This document shows positions 22,901-34,939 of a DNA stretch of 40,328 bases, piece by piece. The number at the start of each line of letters is the position of its first letter. The stretch's first letter is position 1. Position numbers and translations under genes: made by a program. Source of the stretch: Chiloscyllium plagiosum (taxonomy: Eukaryota); the NCBI RefSeq assembly GCF_004010195.1, contig NC_057749.1:15433726-15474053 (forward strand), read 5' to 3'. The notes under the pieces were generated by a model. It searched no databases. It was not told the origin of the DNA and worked only from the letters and a program-made list of their open reading frames with translations.

Positions 22901-23741
22901 CTCAGATTATTCTATTGAGGGGATATCTCAACCAAACACATACAAGACCCAAAAATGACCAGACCTGGAATTCCCTCCCTAATGGCATTGTGGGTAAACC
23001 TACAGCAGGTGGACTGTGGAGGTTTAAGACGGCAGCTCACCACCACCTTCTCAAGGGTAACTCAACACAGGCAATAAATGCTGGCCCAGCTAGCAATGCC
23101 CACATCCCACAAATGAATAAATAAAATAAAATAATTTGAGTCTGTCACCCACAGTCGAGATCCAGTTTCCATATTTTGTTTTCTATCCAATAGCTTCTTC
23201 AAATACAATCTCCTTGCAGACATTAAAAAAATCTATTATTACCACAAGATACAGTGTACCTGTTGTACATTGAGAATAATTGAATTATGTATTCTATCTT
23301 TGTTTATTAATTTGAACTGAGGCTCTTTCTGGTGAATGTAAAGATCCCATACAGGTGTTCAAAGAGCAGGAAGATTCTCCCGGCCTACAACCAACATCAC
23401 TGTAGCCTGGTTATTATCAACTTACAGTTTGTGAGAGTTTGCTGTGTACAGACTGAGATCCCCTATTTCTTACATTGTAATTGCAGAGACATTTCGATAA
23501 TTACTTCATCGCCTGTAATACATTTTGACACTTATAAGTCAATATAAAACTGCGAACCTAAGTGGGTTGCTATTTTAAAGCATTTGAGTGTTGGAAACCT
23601 GACTGATCAATGACTCTATTTGTGTTTTGTCAGTGTGATAGCAGAGAGAGATGTGCTGTCAAGCAAGGACCCAGGACTGGTAAACTGTGTGACTGTGCCA
23701 GGGGAACCATCTGCAACTCCTTCCTCCTCAAATGTAGTTGA
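19879..23741 (+). CDS. CARTPT: CART prepropeptide-like gene (3 exons; exon 1 lesioned, possibly an incipient pseudogene)
   Basis: Spliced exons 2+3 read [63 protein letters not shown]. This aligns without gaps to human CART [63 protein letters not shown]. Probably a paralogue rather than the 1:1 orthologue. Confidence 0.93.
22317..22400 (+). CDS. CARTPT: CART-like exon 2 (84 bp)
   Basis: Acceptor ttaacag|, donor ATG|gtgagt; 28 codons [28 protein letters not shown] with the YEKK processing site. Confidence 0.92.
22965..23133 (+). mobile_element. LINE 3' tail fragment in CART intron 2
   Basis: Same tail family, ending in (AATAA)n. Confidence 0.75.
23312..23550 (+). mobile_element. Deu-domain SINE fragment in CART intron 2
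   Basis: GGTGAATGTAAAGATCCCAT..AAGAGCAGG..CAACCAACATCACT core. Confidence 0.6.
23634..23741 (+). CDS. CARTPT: CART-like exon 3 coding part (six-cysteine active domain)
   Basis: Acceptor ttttgtcag|; [35 protein letters not shown] then TGA at 23739-23741. Confidence 0.96.
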   Translation, partial: [35 protein letters not shown]

Positions 23742-24019
23742 TGCTGAGTGGAAAGAAAAGGGAGAAGGTCCTGTGGAAGGAAGTGTAATCAGTTCATTAG
23801 CCATCCCTGAGGAAAAGACAGATGATTTAGCATTGAAACTTCAGTTGATATTCATGATCCATGAATTCCAGAAATGAACTGCAACTTGCACTGAAATTGC
23901 TTATTGTACTAATCATTCTCAATGTGCTCCCTGGTCATTGAAGCATGTCAGTTGAGATTATTAGATGTGAAATATATTACCAGTTTTGCTGAGATGAAGT
24001 GTTTTGCCATTGTTGACCA

Positions 24020-24025
24020 AATAAA
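24020..24025 (+). terminator. Candidate poly(A) signal of the CART-like gene
   Basis: First AATAAA downstream of the stop codon (about 280 nt). Confidence 0.45.
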
Positions 24026-24239
24026 TTATTAGCTGCAGTTATCATGCAGGATGTAACTTGGTTATTACCTATTGGTCAGTTACACATTATGACACCACCA
24101 ATTTCAGGCATCAATGTGAGAAGCAGCTCTTAGCAATCAGGAATTGTTCAAACGCTTGAAAGGGTAATGAGCTGGAAGTAGACTGTTCCCTAATTAGATC
24201 ACATCTTGAATGTTGGGTCACTGAGGGAAACAAGAGAGA

Positions 24240-24590
24240 CTTTATTTACTCGCAGGATGTGGGCAGCTCTGGCTAGGCCAACATTTATTACCCATCCCTA
24301 ACTGCCCAGAGGGAAGTTAAGAGTCAAACACTTTGCTTTGACCTGGAGTCATATGTAGGTCAGATCAAGTAAGGATGGCAGTTTCCTTCCCTAAAGGACA
24401 TTTGTGAACCAGATGGGTTTTTCCAACAATCAGCAATGGATTCACTGTAATTATTAATCTCCTAATTCCAGACTTTTATTGAATTCAAATTCCACCATCT
24501 GTCATGGCGGGATTTGAACCCAAGGTCCCCAGAACATTATCTGAGTTTCTGGATTAATAGTCTAATTATAATACCCACTAGGCCATTACC
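24240..24590 (-). mobile_element. tRNA-derived SINE, near full length
   Basis: Reverse-complement B box GGGTTCAAATCCCGCC plus LINE-derived tail. Confidence 0.75.
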
Positions 24591-25764
24591 TTCTCCTAGA
24601 TGGTATAAATTGCTTGTCAATGTTATCCCAAGATTAATGAATGATGTTCTAGTGAACTGCATTCCAACCCGCCCCCACTCTTATCAGGGAAGGTAAGGTT
24701 CTATTCCCAGACATCTGAACATAAATTGGAGATGTTTGACCAGCTTTCTGACATTTAGCATCAATCAGCCCAACAAACAATGGGAGAAGGAGGCCAGCAG
24801 CCAGTTCCTATTCAAAGGGTACACTTGCACATCCTCAATCTACTGCTGAGCCATGACCTTAAGTTTTGGGTCACCCTCCAAAGCAGCAAGAACTGGAATG
24901 GCTCATGGAAAAGACATCGTAACTACCTTTTCAGGTGAAACAGTTACAGCTTGTCAGTAACAACAAAATACCCAGCTTTTAACAGAATAGTTACTGAAGA
25001 ATTAAGTTGATTCTAGTTTAAAAATGGAACCTCACTCCTTTTGGAATCTTCTCCATCCATTGTTTTCTGAACAGTCAAACACGTTTGCACTGACCAAGCT
25101 TTTACCTAACAGCCGTGTGTGGTAATCATTAGAAATTAAACATCGACAATAAAGATCAATTAGAAAAGAACTTGATGACATACAATTCAATTGAAGAAGT
25201 GACTTAAGTTTGATTAACAATTGCAGTAAAAGTGGATTGGTAACTAAACAAACTTCTGTTATAGGTGATTCACCTCTACTCTACCTTCTTTGCCACAATC
25301 TTCATTATCTTTTCTATTTAATAAATTCTACTAAGAGCTTGGATCTTTTTAATCATCTCTCTTGTTCCATTTAAGCTTAAAATGCTCATTTATAATCTTT
25401 GTATGCTTTCATTATATTGAAAACAAAATGAACTTGTTCTCTATGCCGCTTATTCTTTCTAAGAATCTTAAATCTGTGAAACTCCTCGTGTTCTTCTGTC
25501 TTATAAATTCCGCAGATCATTAGAATCCAATGCTTAATGTTACCTAGTGACCTCTTTCCAATTTTCCCAGGTATTGGTGATGTCCATCCTAGGTCACCAA
25601 GATGAGGAGGTAGTGAGTCTTCTCTCTGAATACCCAGTAATCCATGTGGTTATGTTGCTCCCACAACATGGCAAAATGAAGGATTGTGTGCAAGCACGTT
25701 GTTAAAGCTATCCAAATAGAAAAGAGTTTGGTGATCTGGTTTGTAATTCAGATTGACACTGACA

Positions 25765-25915
25765 GCATGAGTTCAATTCCTGCACCAGCTGAGGTCTCCT
25801 TTTCAATCCTTCCGCTCTCCTGATGTGTGGTGAGCCGAAGGTTAAACCACCACCTGTCGTCTCTCTCTAATGATAAAGCAGTCCTATGGTCTGGTAAGAG
25901 TATGATGATTTTTAC
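25765..25915 (+). mobile_element. Short SINE-like element (uninterrupted copy)
   Basis: B-box-like GAGTTCAATTCC, body matching 2410-2480 and 2993-3062. Confidence 0.6.
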
Positions 25916-26384
25916 AAAACATAAACTTCAAACTTCTTCCTCTGAAGCCAACCACTACTTAAGCAACAACTACACTTTTCTTTCTAATATTGATTAGTAG
26001 ACTAATATTGATTAGTCTACTAACCCACCAAAATTAATATTTCTTGCATTGGAAATTTCTTGAAATTTCTGCTTCTTTTGTATTTCTTTTTAAGTTTCGT
26101 GTCTCTGTCTTATTTTGATATGAAAACCTCTCTTCTGGAACTCTATCCTTAACAGAATTTTGAGTCTATCTACAGCACATGGACTGCAGCGGTTCAAGAA
26201 GGCAGCTCACCACCACTATCTCAAGGGGCAACTATAGACCAGCAATAAATACTGGCCCAGCCAGTGATTCCCACATCCCACAAATGAATAAAACAAAAGT
26301 TCTTCATCTCTCATATCATTTCAAATCTACAAGACTAAATAAAAACCGAAAGAATTGCTGATGATGTGAATCAGCAACAAAAAC

Positions 26385-26698
26385 AGAACATAGAACATAG
26401 AACGTTCCAGCGCAGGACAGGCCCTTCGTCTCTCGAGGTTGCACCGAACTGTGAAACCAATCTGAAGCCCATCTAACCTGCATTATTCCATTTTCATCCA
26501 TATGTTTATCCAATGACCATTTAAATGCTCTTAAAGTTGGTGAGTCTACTACTGTTACAGGCAGTGTGTTCCAAGCCCCGACAACTCTCTGAGGAAAGAA
26601 ACTACCTCTGACATCTGTCCTCTTTCTATCATCCCACAATTTAAAGCTATGTGCCCTCATGCTACCCACCACCATCCGAGGAAAAAGGCTCTCACTGT
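26385..26698 (-). mobile_element. Young CR1 LINE 3' end running into the gap
   Basis: (GAACATA)n tail; FFPQRVVGAWNTLP..FKWSLDKHMD. Confidence 0.85.
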
Positions 26699-27198
26699 NN
26701 NNNNNNNNNNNNNNNNNNNNNNNNNNNNNNNNNNNNNNNNNNNNNNNNNNNNNNNNNNNNNNNNNNNNNNNNNNNNNNNNNNNNNNNNNNNNNNNNNNNN
26801 NNNNNNNNNNNNNNNNNNNNNNNNNNNNNNNNNNNNNNNNNNNNNNNNNNNNNNNNNNNNNNNNNNNNNNNNNNNNNNNNNNNNNNNNNNNNNNNNNNNN
26901 NNNNNNNNNNNNNNNNNNNNNNNNNNNNNNNNNNNNNNNNNNNNNNNNNNNNNNNNNNNNNNNNNNNNNNNNNNNNNNNNNNNNNNNNNNNNNNNNNNNN
27001 NNNNNNNNNNNNNNNNNNNNNNNNNNNNNNNNNNNNNNNNNNNNNNNNNNNNNNNNNNNNNNNNNNNNNNNNNNNNNNNNNNNNNNNNNNNNNNNNNNNN
27101 NNNNNNNNNNNNNNNNNNNNNNNNNNNNNNNNNNNNNNNNNNNNNNNNNNNNNNNNNNNNNNNNNNNNNNNNNNNNNNNNNNNNNNNNNNNNNNNNNN
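26699..27198. other. Assembly gap (500 N)
   Basis: Exactly 500 N. Confidence 1.
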
Positions 27199-27345
27199 TG
27201 CTTTCTCCCCACCCCACCCCCTCTCAGTTATCTCTCCACTCTGTAGGCACCCTGCCTCTATTCCTGATGAAGGGCTTTTGCCGGAAACGTCGATTTTCTT
27301 GTTCCTCGGATGCTGCCTGACCTAATGTGTTTTTCCAGCGCCACG
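27199..27345 (+). mobile_element. Penelope-like terminus with hammerhead-like motif
   Basis: CTGATGA-A-GGGC-TTTT-GCCG-GAAACGTC at 27264-27291. Confidence 0.65.
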
Positions 27346-27349
27346 GTTA

Positions 27350-29060
27350 TCCTATCTTCAATTTACAACTTCAACGTTTAATTCTGCTCTGTCTTTTTCC
27401 ATCACTATTGTAAAACTAATAGAATTATGGATACTGGCCACATATTGCTGCCCCACTGTCACCTCATACATCTGCCAAGTGTAGTTCAAGTTTTAAACCT
27501 TTTCTAATAGGTATATCCAATTACTGAATCAGAAAATGTTATTGTACGCACTTAACAAATACCTCCCCGTCAAAAACCTTAACAATATGGCAGTCGCAGT
27601 GCATGTTTAGAAAGTTAAAGTCCCCTAACATAACCACCCTATTATTCTTACAGATAACTGAGATATCCTTACTAATCTGCTTTTCAATTTCACTCTGATT
27701 ATTAGGGCGTCCACAACACAATCCCAATTAGATCATCATCCGTTTGTTATTTCATAGTTCCACACAAATAACTTTCCTGGATGTATTTTCGGAAATAACT
27801 TTCCTCAGTACAACTGTAATGCTATCCATTATCGAAAATGTTACTCCCCCTCCTCTCTTGTCTCATTTTCTGTCCTTCCTGTAGCATTTGTATCTTGCAA
27901 AATTAAGCTGCCAGTGCTTTCCATCTCTGTGCCTTGTTTCTGTAAATGCTGTGACATCCCAGTTCTATGTTTCTAACTATGCCCTGGGATCATTTGCTTT
28001 CCCTGTTAGTCCTCTTTCATTGAAATATAAGCAGTTTAATTTATCAGTCCTACTTTGTTCTCTGCTTAGTCGCTGTCTGCTCTGATTGTTTGACACACCT
28101 TTGTTCTCCACTTTTCCAGACCCAGATTGATCTCTTTACTCACTATCTCACTGGGCCCCATGCCCTCACCTTACTCGCTTATGTCCTCCCGAGCAGCTCT
28201 AGCAAATCTGCCTGCCAGTATATTGGTCCCCTTCCAATTTAGGTGCAAATCGTCCTTCTCGTAGAGATCACTTCCACCCCCAAAAAGCATTCAATAATCC
28301 AAAAACATGAATCCTTCTCCCACACATCAGCTCCTCAGCCATGCATTCATCAGCTCTATCTGCCTATTACTGCCCTCACTAGCTCGTAGCACCGGGCGTA
28401 ATCGAAACATTACTACTCGTGAGGAACTCGTTTTCAAATTCCTGCCTAACTCTCTGTAATCTCCCTTCAAAATCTGAGCATTTTCCTTCCTATGTCTTTA
28501 GTTCCAATGTGTACAATGACGATCTCCTGGCCGCTCTCCCCTTGAGAACATTCTTCACCTGTCTGAGACATCCCTTGATCCTGGCACGAGGGACAAAATA
28601 CACCATTCTGATTTTTCGCTGCTTGCCACAGAAACGTATGTCTCTACCTTGGACTGGAGAGTCCCCTAACACAATAGATCTCTTGGAACCTGACGTGCCT
28701 CACAATGAACTGGAGCCTATCTCAATACCAGAAACAGTGCTACGTTCCCCTGAGAATCCATCACCCACTACATTATCCAAAACAGCATATTTGTTAGAAA
28801 TACTGAAAGCCATAGAAGAATCGTGCACTCACTGCCGCCTAGTCTTGCATTTGCTCGAGTTAGCCCATCTACATGACTGTATCTGTGACTTTATCCCAGT
28901 CCTGTAACTGCCAGCCATCACATCTCCTTGCTCTTGTAAATTCCTCATTGTCTCTATCTGTCTCTCCAACCAATATATTCTATCTGATAGGATTCACAAC
29001 GAAAGGCATTTATTGCAGACATAATCCTCAGTAACACGTAAACTATCCTTAAACTCACAC
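27350..29060 (-). mobile_element. CR1 LINE 5' part (ORF1 esterase and ORF2 endonuclease), decayed
   Basis: LGDSPVQGRDIRFCG..RMVYFVPRARI (ORF1 GDS esterase); NRVVMLGDFNFLN (APE endonuclease). Confidence 0.85.
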
Positions 29061-30109
29061 ATTCGACAACGAGAGAGGGAATATTTGAGTGTGAATATTG
29101 TTTACAAAGAGAGATTCGACCACATGGAGAGAGGGGATAGATACAGACAGAGACACAGAGACAGAAAACGAGGCAAAGATGGAGTGAGTGAGAGACGGAT
29201 ACAGTCATTCAGTCAAACATAAACTGCATCGAAAGTACACTTCGTAGATGTTTTGAAGGGAGACTTTTGAACAGACTAAGCTTGCTTTTATTTGTGTTAA
29301 CCTGAAACATACTGGAACCTTGAGCGCACCAGCCTACATAAAGATGATTAATTAAATTCAGCACTGATCATACTGTGAATACTTACCTGCTCATGCAAGC
29401 TATATTATTGAAATGATTTTTGATTTTTTTTACAACATATATGTTGATCTACAGACAGCCATCAGTGCAAAGACGTTGGGATATTCATCAATTTGAGTCA
29501 CAGAAATCGAATATTTAATGAAGTCCCGCCAGTATTCCTCCACAACGAATCAATGTAGGGTCAATATTGAATGACCATATGTTTCCTTAACTCATTCCTT
29601 TGAACAATTCAGCTTCGATCATATGTTTTGACGAGGGTTACCAGAGCAGAATCTTTAATTATGCTTTTAGTCTTAAATACTGACAGACCTGCGTAGTTTC
29701 ACCAGTAAATTACTTTGATGCTTAGATCAAGTGAAAACTATTACTGCCTGCAATTCATCTGGTGGGTAATCTATTTGGGAGAGCAACTTTAATATATGCG
29801 CCTGGACAAAGCAGCGTAGCTTATGCAGAGCCTTCTTCAAATGTTCTTTTTAAATGAAACGTTTATAAAGAAAAGATGCAAATTTTATTCTTCAATTAAT
29901 GACCTGGTTGAATCCTTAAGTTGAGTCCATTTCCTGTCTTGGCCAATAGTTCAAAATGTCGAGGTCTCATGCAATAACGGTTAGCTTCACCTTTCAAAAT
30001 GTGTGCAACAACACAATGGTACGCATAGCAACACTTTGGTTAGTCTTACTCTTTTTTTTAGGACAGGAGAATCGTTGGCTGAAAAACATTTATTCCTTTA
30101 AATTAACTA

Positions 30110-33100
30110 TCCGTGAGAAAGTCCTTGTGAGCTGCGTTTTTGTAGAGATGCTGCCCATCCCTGTAGGTCGTCTATCAACGCTAGGAGAGAATGAATTCCT
30201 GGATTTTGACCAAGAAATCCGAATGGAAAGTTGACAAATTTCCAAGTCATGATGGTGCTTGGCTTGTAGACGAACTTCCTGCTTGCGATATCCGCATCTA
30301 TCCGCTGCATTTGTTCTTCTCGATAGACCCGCCAGTCTGTCCACAAGGTTTTGTCGAAGGATATTTCCTAATTTTCTGCACTTTTTTTGTAAATGGAACT
30401 CATCGCCACAATGGAGCATCTTTGGTGGAGGCCGTAGCTTAATATGCATGTGATGTTAATGAACACACTGTTTTGTGCCGAGGCTTTCAAGTTGCTACGG
30501 TCTCATAAAATGGCAAACTTTCGATCATACCCCTGATTTCAGCCATTGAGGTATGGATAGGCTTCGTGAACTCAGGAGGTGTGTCATTGGCTGCTGCTTT
30601 CAAACTGGTCTTGTAGGCCTTTTTGTTTGTGTGGCGAGTTCGTGCTTTTTGATCAATTGTAATGCCAAGTATGATGTTTGTATGGTAACCCGATTGATTA
30701 TGTCATTGACCTGTGGTTTACAGTTGTTCTCACTATAGATTGTCATTACCTGGCATTTCGGGGACGTGATTCGCATTGGCACATGTAATAATAAGCCCAG
30801 TTAATGTCCAGATCTTGTTGCATGCGAACATGAACTGCTTTAGTATCCAATTCGTCGTGAATACTACTGAACATTGCGTAAGTATTGTGCATTATCCCCG
30901 ATTCTGATGCTGGAGGGAGGGCAATTACAGAAACAGCTGAAGACAGTCAGTCAAAGGTATTATCTTGAGGAACTCCTGCAGAGGTGAATTAATTCCAATA
31001 ACTGCAAATATCTTCCAAATGTGCCAGGTATAAATACAAACAGCAGATAATTTTCTCATAGATTTCCTTTGATCCTCGGGTGTTGAGATTCCTTTTTTCC
31101 AAACATGGTAGCATGTGGATTTGATAACACGGGCAGGAACTGCTGCCTCTCCTGTTGCATTCAGCTGTTCAGTCCACGTTGAAAGTATGGCTGCAAGTGG
31201 CACTGCCAGGACTCCAAAAAGGCATTTATGGGCAGGTTGTTGCCATGAGTATGCAGTTTCCCAACATTGTTGAACTGACCACGACTTTATTAAGGATCAA
31301 GAATGGACTGATCTGGTGGTAATTGGCTGTCTTGGATTATCCTGCTTTTTGTTTTGTACAATACAAACCTGAACGTTTTCTTGTCATATAGTTGTCTGTA
31401 TTGTAGCGTTTATGCAGCAAATTGGCTAGAGATCCTGCAAATTCTCCATTAAATGTCTTTGGTGCAAAAGCCAGACATTTTACATCCCCACAGGTGTTGC
31501 ATCATGCAATACATCCAAATGTTTCTTGATTTCAAGTGGAGAACATCTAATTTACTGTCAAGTAGCATTCATGATCGACGGCGCATCAGCAGTCTTTAGA
31601 ATTGTATCCACCACTCGACATTTCTAGATTAAATTTGTTGTGAATACGTGGGACTTATCTACCGCGCTGAGATGCTGTGCTCTTCCATTATTGAGGATGG
31701 AGATATTTGAGGAGCCTCCTACTTCAGAGAATTGTTTAGTTGTTCAACACCATTCATAATTGGATGTGGCAGGGTCTCTGCGCTTAATTGGATTCATTGA
31801 ATTTATGAATGCTTGGGTCTGATTATGAATGTCTGATTATGCTGTGAGGGAGACAAACAGAAAGCTGGAGGATCACAGAAAGCCAACCTAGGCTGCAGAC
31901 ACCTCGACTTTTCTGGCATAACCCTTTCTCCAAAATGAAGGTGATGCTAGTCGGATCTGCAGATGAAGGGGTGGGGTGTTGAATGATTATCGTTGGGGAG
32001 AATTTAGGAATGGTAAGGTAGTGATAGGTGAGAAGTGATGGTGGTTACGACCTGTACAGTTCAGAAGGTTCCTGGAAGAAATCTCAGTAGAAGAAAGGCA
32101 AGGAGGAGGCGGAGATGGAGAGGATTATGGGTGGATGGGAAGGACGATGATTTAAAGTTGGAGGACTCAGATGTTCAGTCCTCCAGACTGTGGACTGCCT
32201 AGATGAAAGACAACGTGTTTTTCCCACACTTTACAGTTTGATTTATTATGGCGACGGAGGAGGTCGAGGATGGACATGAATGAGAGGGACTGGGAAGAGG
32301 AATTGAAATGGATGGTGACCAGAAGGCAGGCTTGATAGGCCAGCTGAGATGTTGCGTGAAATGTTCCCTTCGTTGACATTTGAACTCATCGATGGAGACA
32401 AGACTACATTGTGAGAACCAGATGCAGCAAACTCACTTGGATGAAAGGCAGGTAAAGCTCTGTTTCACGTGGAAGGATTATGTAGAGCCCTGGATGGAGG
32501 TAAACGAGGTGGTATGGTAGCAGCGTTTGCATCTTTTAATTTTAAATGGGAACTTACCATTGTGCTGGGTGTTTGACGCAGAGAGCGATGCAAAGCAAAG
32601 AGTGACGAAGGGAATGGCTGTTGTGGAAGGCAGAAAGAGATAATGACGGGAAGATGCTATTTGTGTTGTAGTCTAATTAGAGTCGTTGGACATGTTTAAG
32701 AATGTTACTCTGGGAATATGAAGACGAATGGTTTGGAAAGTGAGGACAAGTTTACAGCACAGAGGGGAGAAAGCATGCTGTTTAATATAGTGTACATGTG
32801 GTACACTTGGGAGTGGAATGTCTCCTCGTCAGCGCAGATGCGAAGGACATGGAGGAATTGTGGAAAGGAGACGTAGATCTCGCAGGGTACAGCATGGGGC
32901 GTGGTGAATTGCAGATAGTAAGTCGAGTCCGTGGATTGATAGTAAATGTCAGTCCGCAAATTGTCGCTGAAAATGGAAACAGAGAGTTCAAAAAAGGATG
33001 GAGTTTTCCGATGGAGACCAAGGGAATTTACGGGCAGATTGGAAGTTTGCGAAGTCGACGAATTGCTACAGTTCTGCCTGAGTTCAGATGCAGCAAAGAA

Positions 33101-34250
33101 GAAGTTGTAGAGGGTATTGATGGAGGGGACTTAGTGGATCTGTTGGACAGGAAAAAAGACAGTCCCTGCAGGCCGTCATTGCGTGAAATATTCACGTAAA
33201 AGGACTTCAAGTCCATAATGAAGAAGAAGCAATTGCATCCGGGGAGCTGCAAGCCCCAGAAGAGTTGGAGGGCGTAATTGGTGTCCCAGGTGTCGTTGGG
33301 AGTTGTCCGTCAGCAGCAAATAAAGTCCTATTTTCAACTTTCAGCAAATTGCCTCTTTATATTTCGCTATTAATGTGTCTTTCTGCCATGCATTCCTGCA
33401 CTCTGCGTTGAACCAGGCTGGATAACCTTGCTTGATAAAGTGGGGACATGCAACCCATGAGTATGTACATTGTATTGGACTAAAATTGACTTTCCAATTA
33501 GCAAGAAATACTCATTGATTGCCTGTCATGAGGCCATAAATCTGTTAGAAGACTTACTCAGCAGAATGTGAAAGCTACATTAATCAATCAATGACATTAT
33601 TTACATGAAAGTGTGACTTCTTCTCCACAAGGAATGTGCAATTATCAGTCTTGATTGTTGAGGATGACGTCAAGCAAAATTTGTTCTTCTTCTTCGTTCA
33701 AACACGGTGTGCTGCTGATCTTTTTAAAGAGCTATGTCTTTTACAATACGATCAGTCCGAGCAGACATGCTGTCACAGAGTCAAGTTTGGATGCAGCGAT
33801 TATATTTTGCACTGTTACCCTCCTCTGTGTTTTCCAAACTGTGGGAGTACTTACTCATCAGCTGAAGGCAGATAGTGTTTGACGATTAGGAGGCAGTGAT
33901 ATTGTTATTTTTTAACACAATGCAATTTTGAGAAATCACTGGGGATCCCTACTCGGTCTACTCTACGACTTCGAAAAGATGTATCCATGATGAGAATGCT
34001 GGTGCTTGCGATATTATCAGTAATGTATTCCACAATGCTGATATCAACGTTAGGCTATTGTATGCCTTGTCAATGAATTCTAGGACGAGGTTCTCCCAAT
34101 TTTGGAAATACCGATTAGATCTTAGTGTGCAGGTCCTGACAGATTTGGCAGAGCTGTTTTTGACACAGTGTTTCCCATGTCTTCATCAATTCAACGTGGT
34201 CGCCCCATCTTCATTTCATTCATGAAACATTGTCGCAAATTGCACATATG
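30110..34250 (-). mobile_element. Highly decayed long LINE (family of 860-1475) interrupted by a Penelope element
   Basis: The 3' part at 30170-30480 matches TTCCAGGATTTTGACC..TTCCAAGTCA. Continuity further 5' is inferred from weak similarity. Confidence 0.5.
31850..33300 (-). mobile_element. Decayed Penelope-like element (RT and GIY-YIG remnants)
   Basis: MDLKSFYVNISRNDGLQGLSFFL, DIYYQSTDSTYYL..FPQFLHVLRIC and EKHVVFHLGSPQSGGLNI lie in the expected order. Confidence 0.8.
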
Positions 34251-34939
34251 AAGACTTGTTAGCCCATTACAGACGGTACTTAAATGATATTCACATTGCT
34301 GTGGACCTGGCCACTCACGTAGGTCAAGCCAGGTCAGATACGTGTTCACGGCAAAGTTTGTTAATTGCAGGGCATCAGTGTATCAGGTGTCTTTGTTTTC
34401 CTGGCAATTGACAGTGATTTCTTGGTTACTAACCGTTTTGTTATTTTTTCCATTCTGGAAGTGTTTTGAATTATATTTCAAACACTGAAAGTTGCATGAT
34501 ACTGGCAATTTCTACTGAACATTAGCTCAGTTTACAGATTAATGCTTTAGATATAATGCCACTAGGCATACTGTAACTTTTAAATGCGTTGCCAACACTC
34601 CGATGTCAAGAGTGTTTCTGACTGCAAACCACGAAGGTAGGCAGTCAGGAGCAATGGACGAAACGACCAAACAGTAACATTTTACGACAAATTTAAAATC
34701 CTATAAATGTTGCAAAACCTCGAGAAATTCTGAAGGTATAACATCAATAAGGATGGAATGCCCAAAATTGTTAACGTGTAAATATAAGATAAATAAAATC
34801 TGATAATCCCTCAGAGTTCTATAAAGAGAGATCGTGCTCAAGCATGATCTTATTGACACTTAAAATAATAAACTCAGACGTGAGTGATACCATGAAACAA
34901 CGTACCTAACGAATTACTTACCTTCACGGAGAATTACAC

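Noticed and set aside
23620..23877. 85-aa ORF from the track
   Set aside because: Wrong frame over CART exon 3; the real frame ends at 23741.
26316..27325. Long X-containing ORFs
   Set aside because: Artefacts of the N gap.
29379..29389. ATACTTACCTG, identical to the U1 snRNA 5' end
   Set aside because: No U1 body follows; it is simply the complement of a consensus donor.
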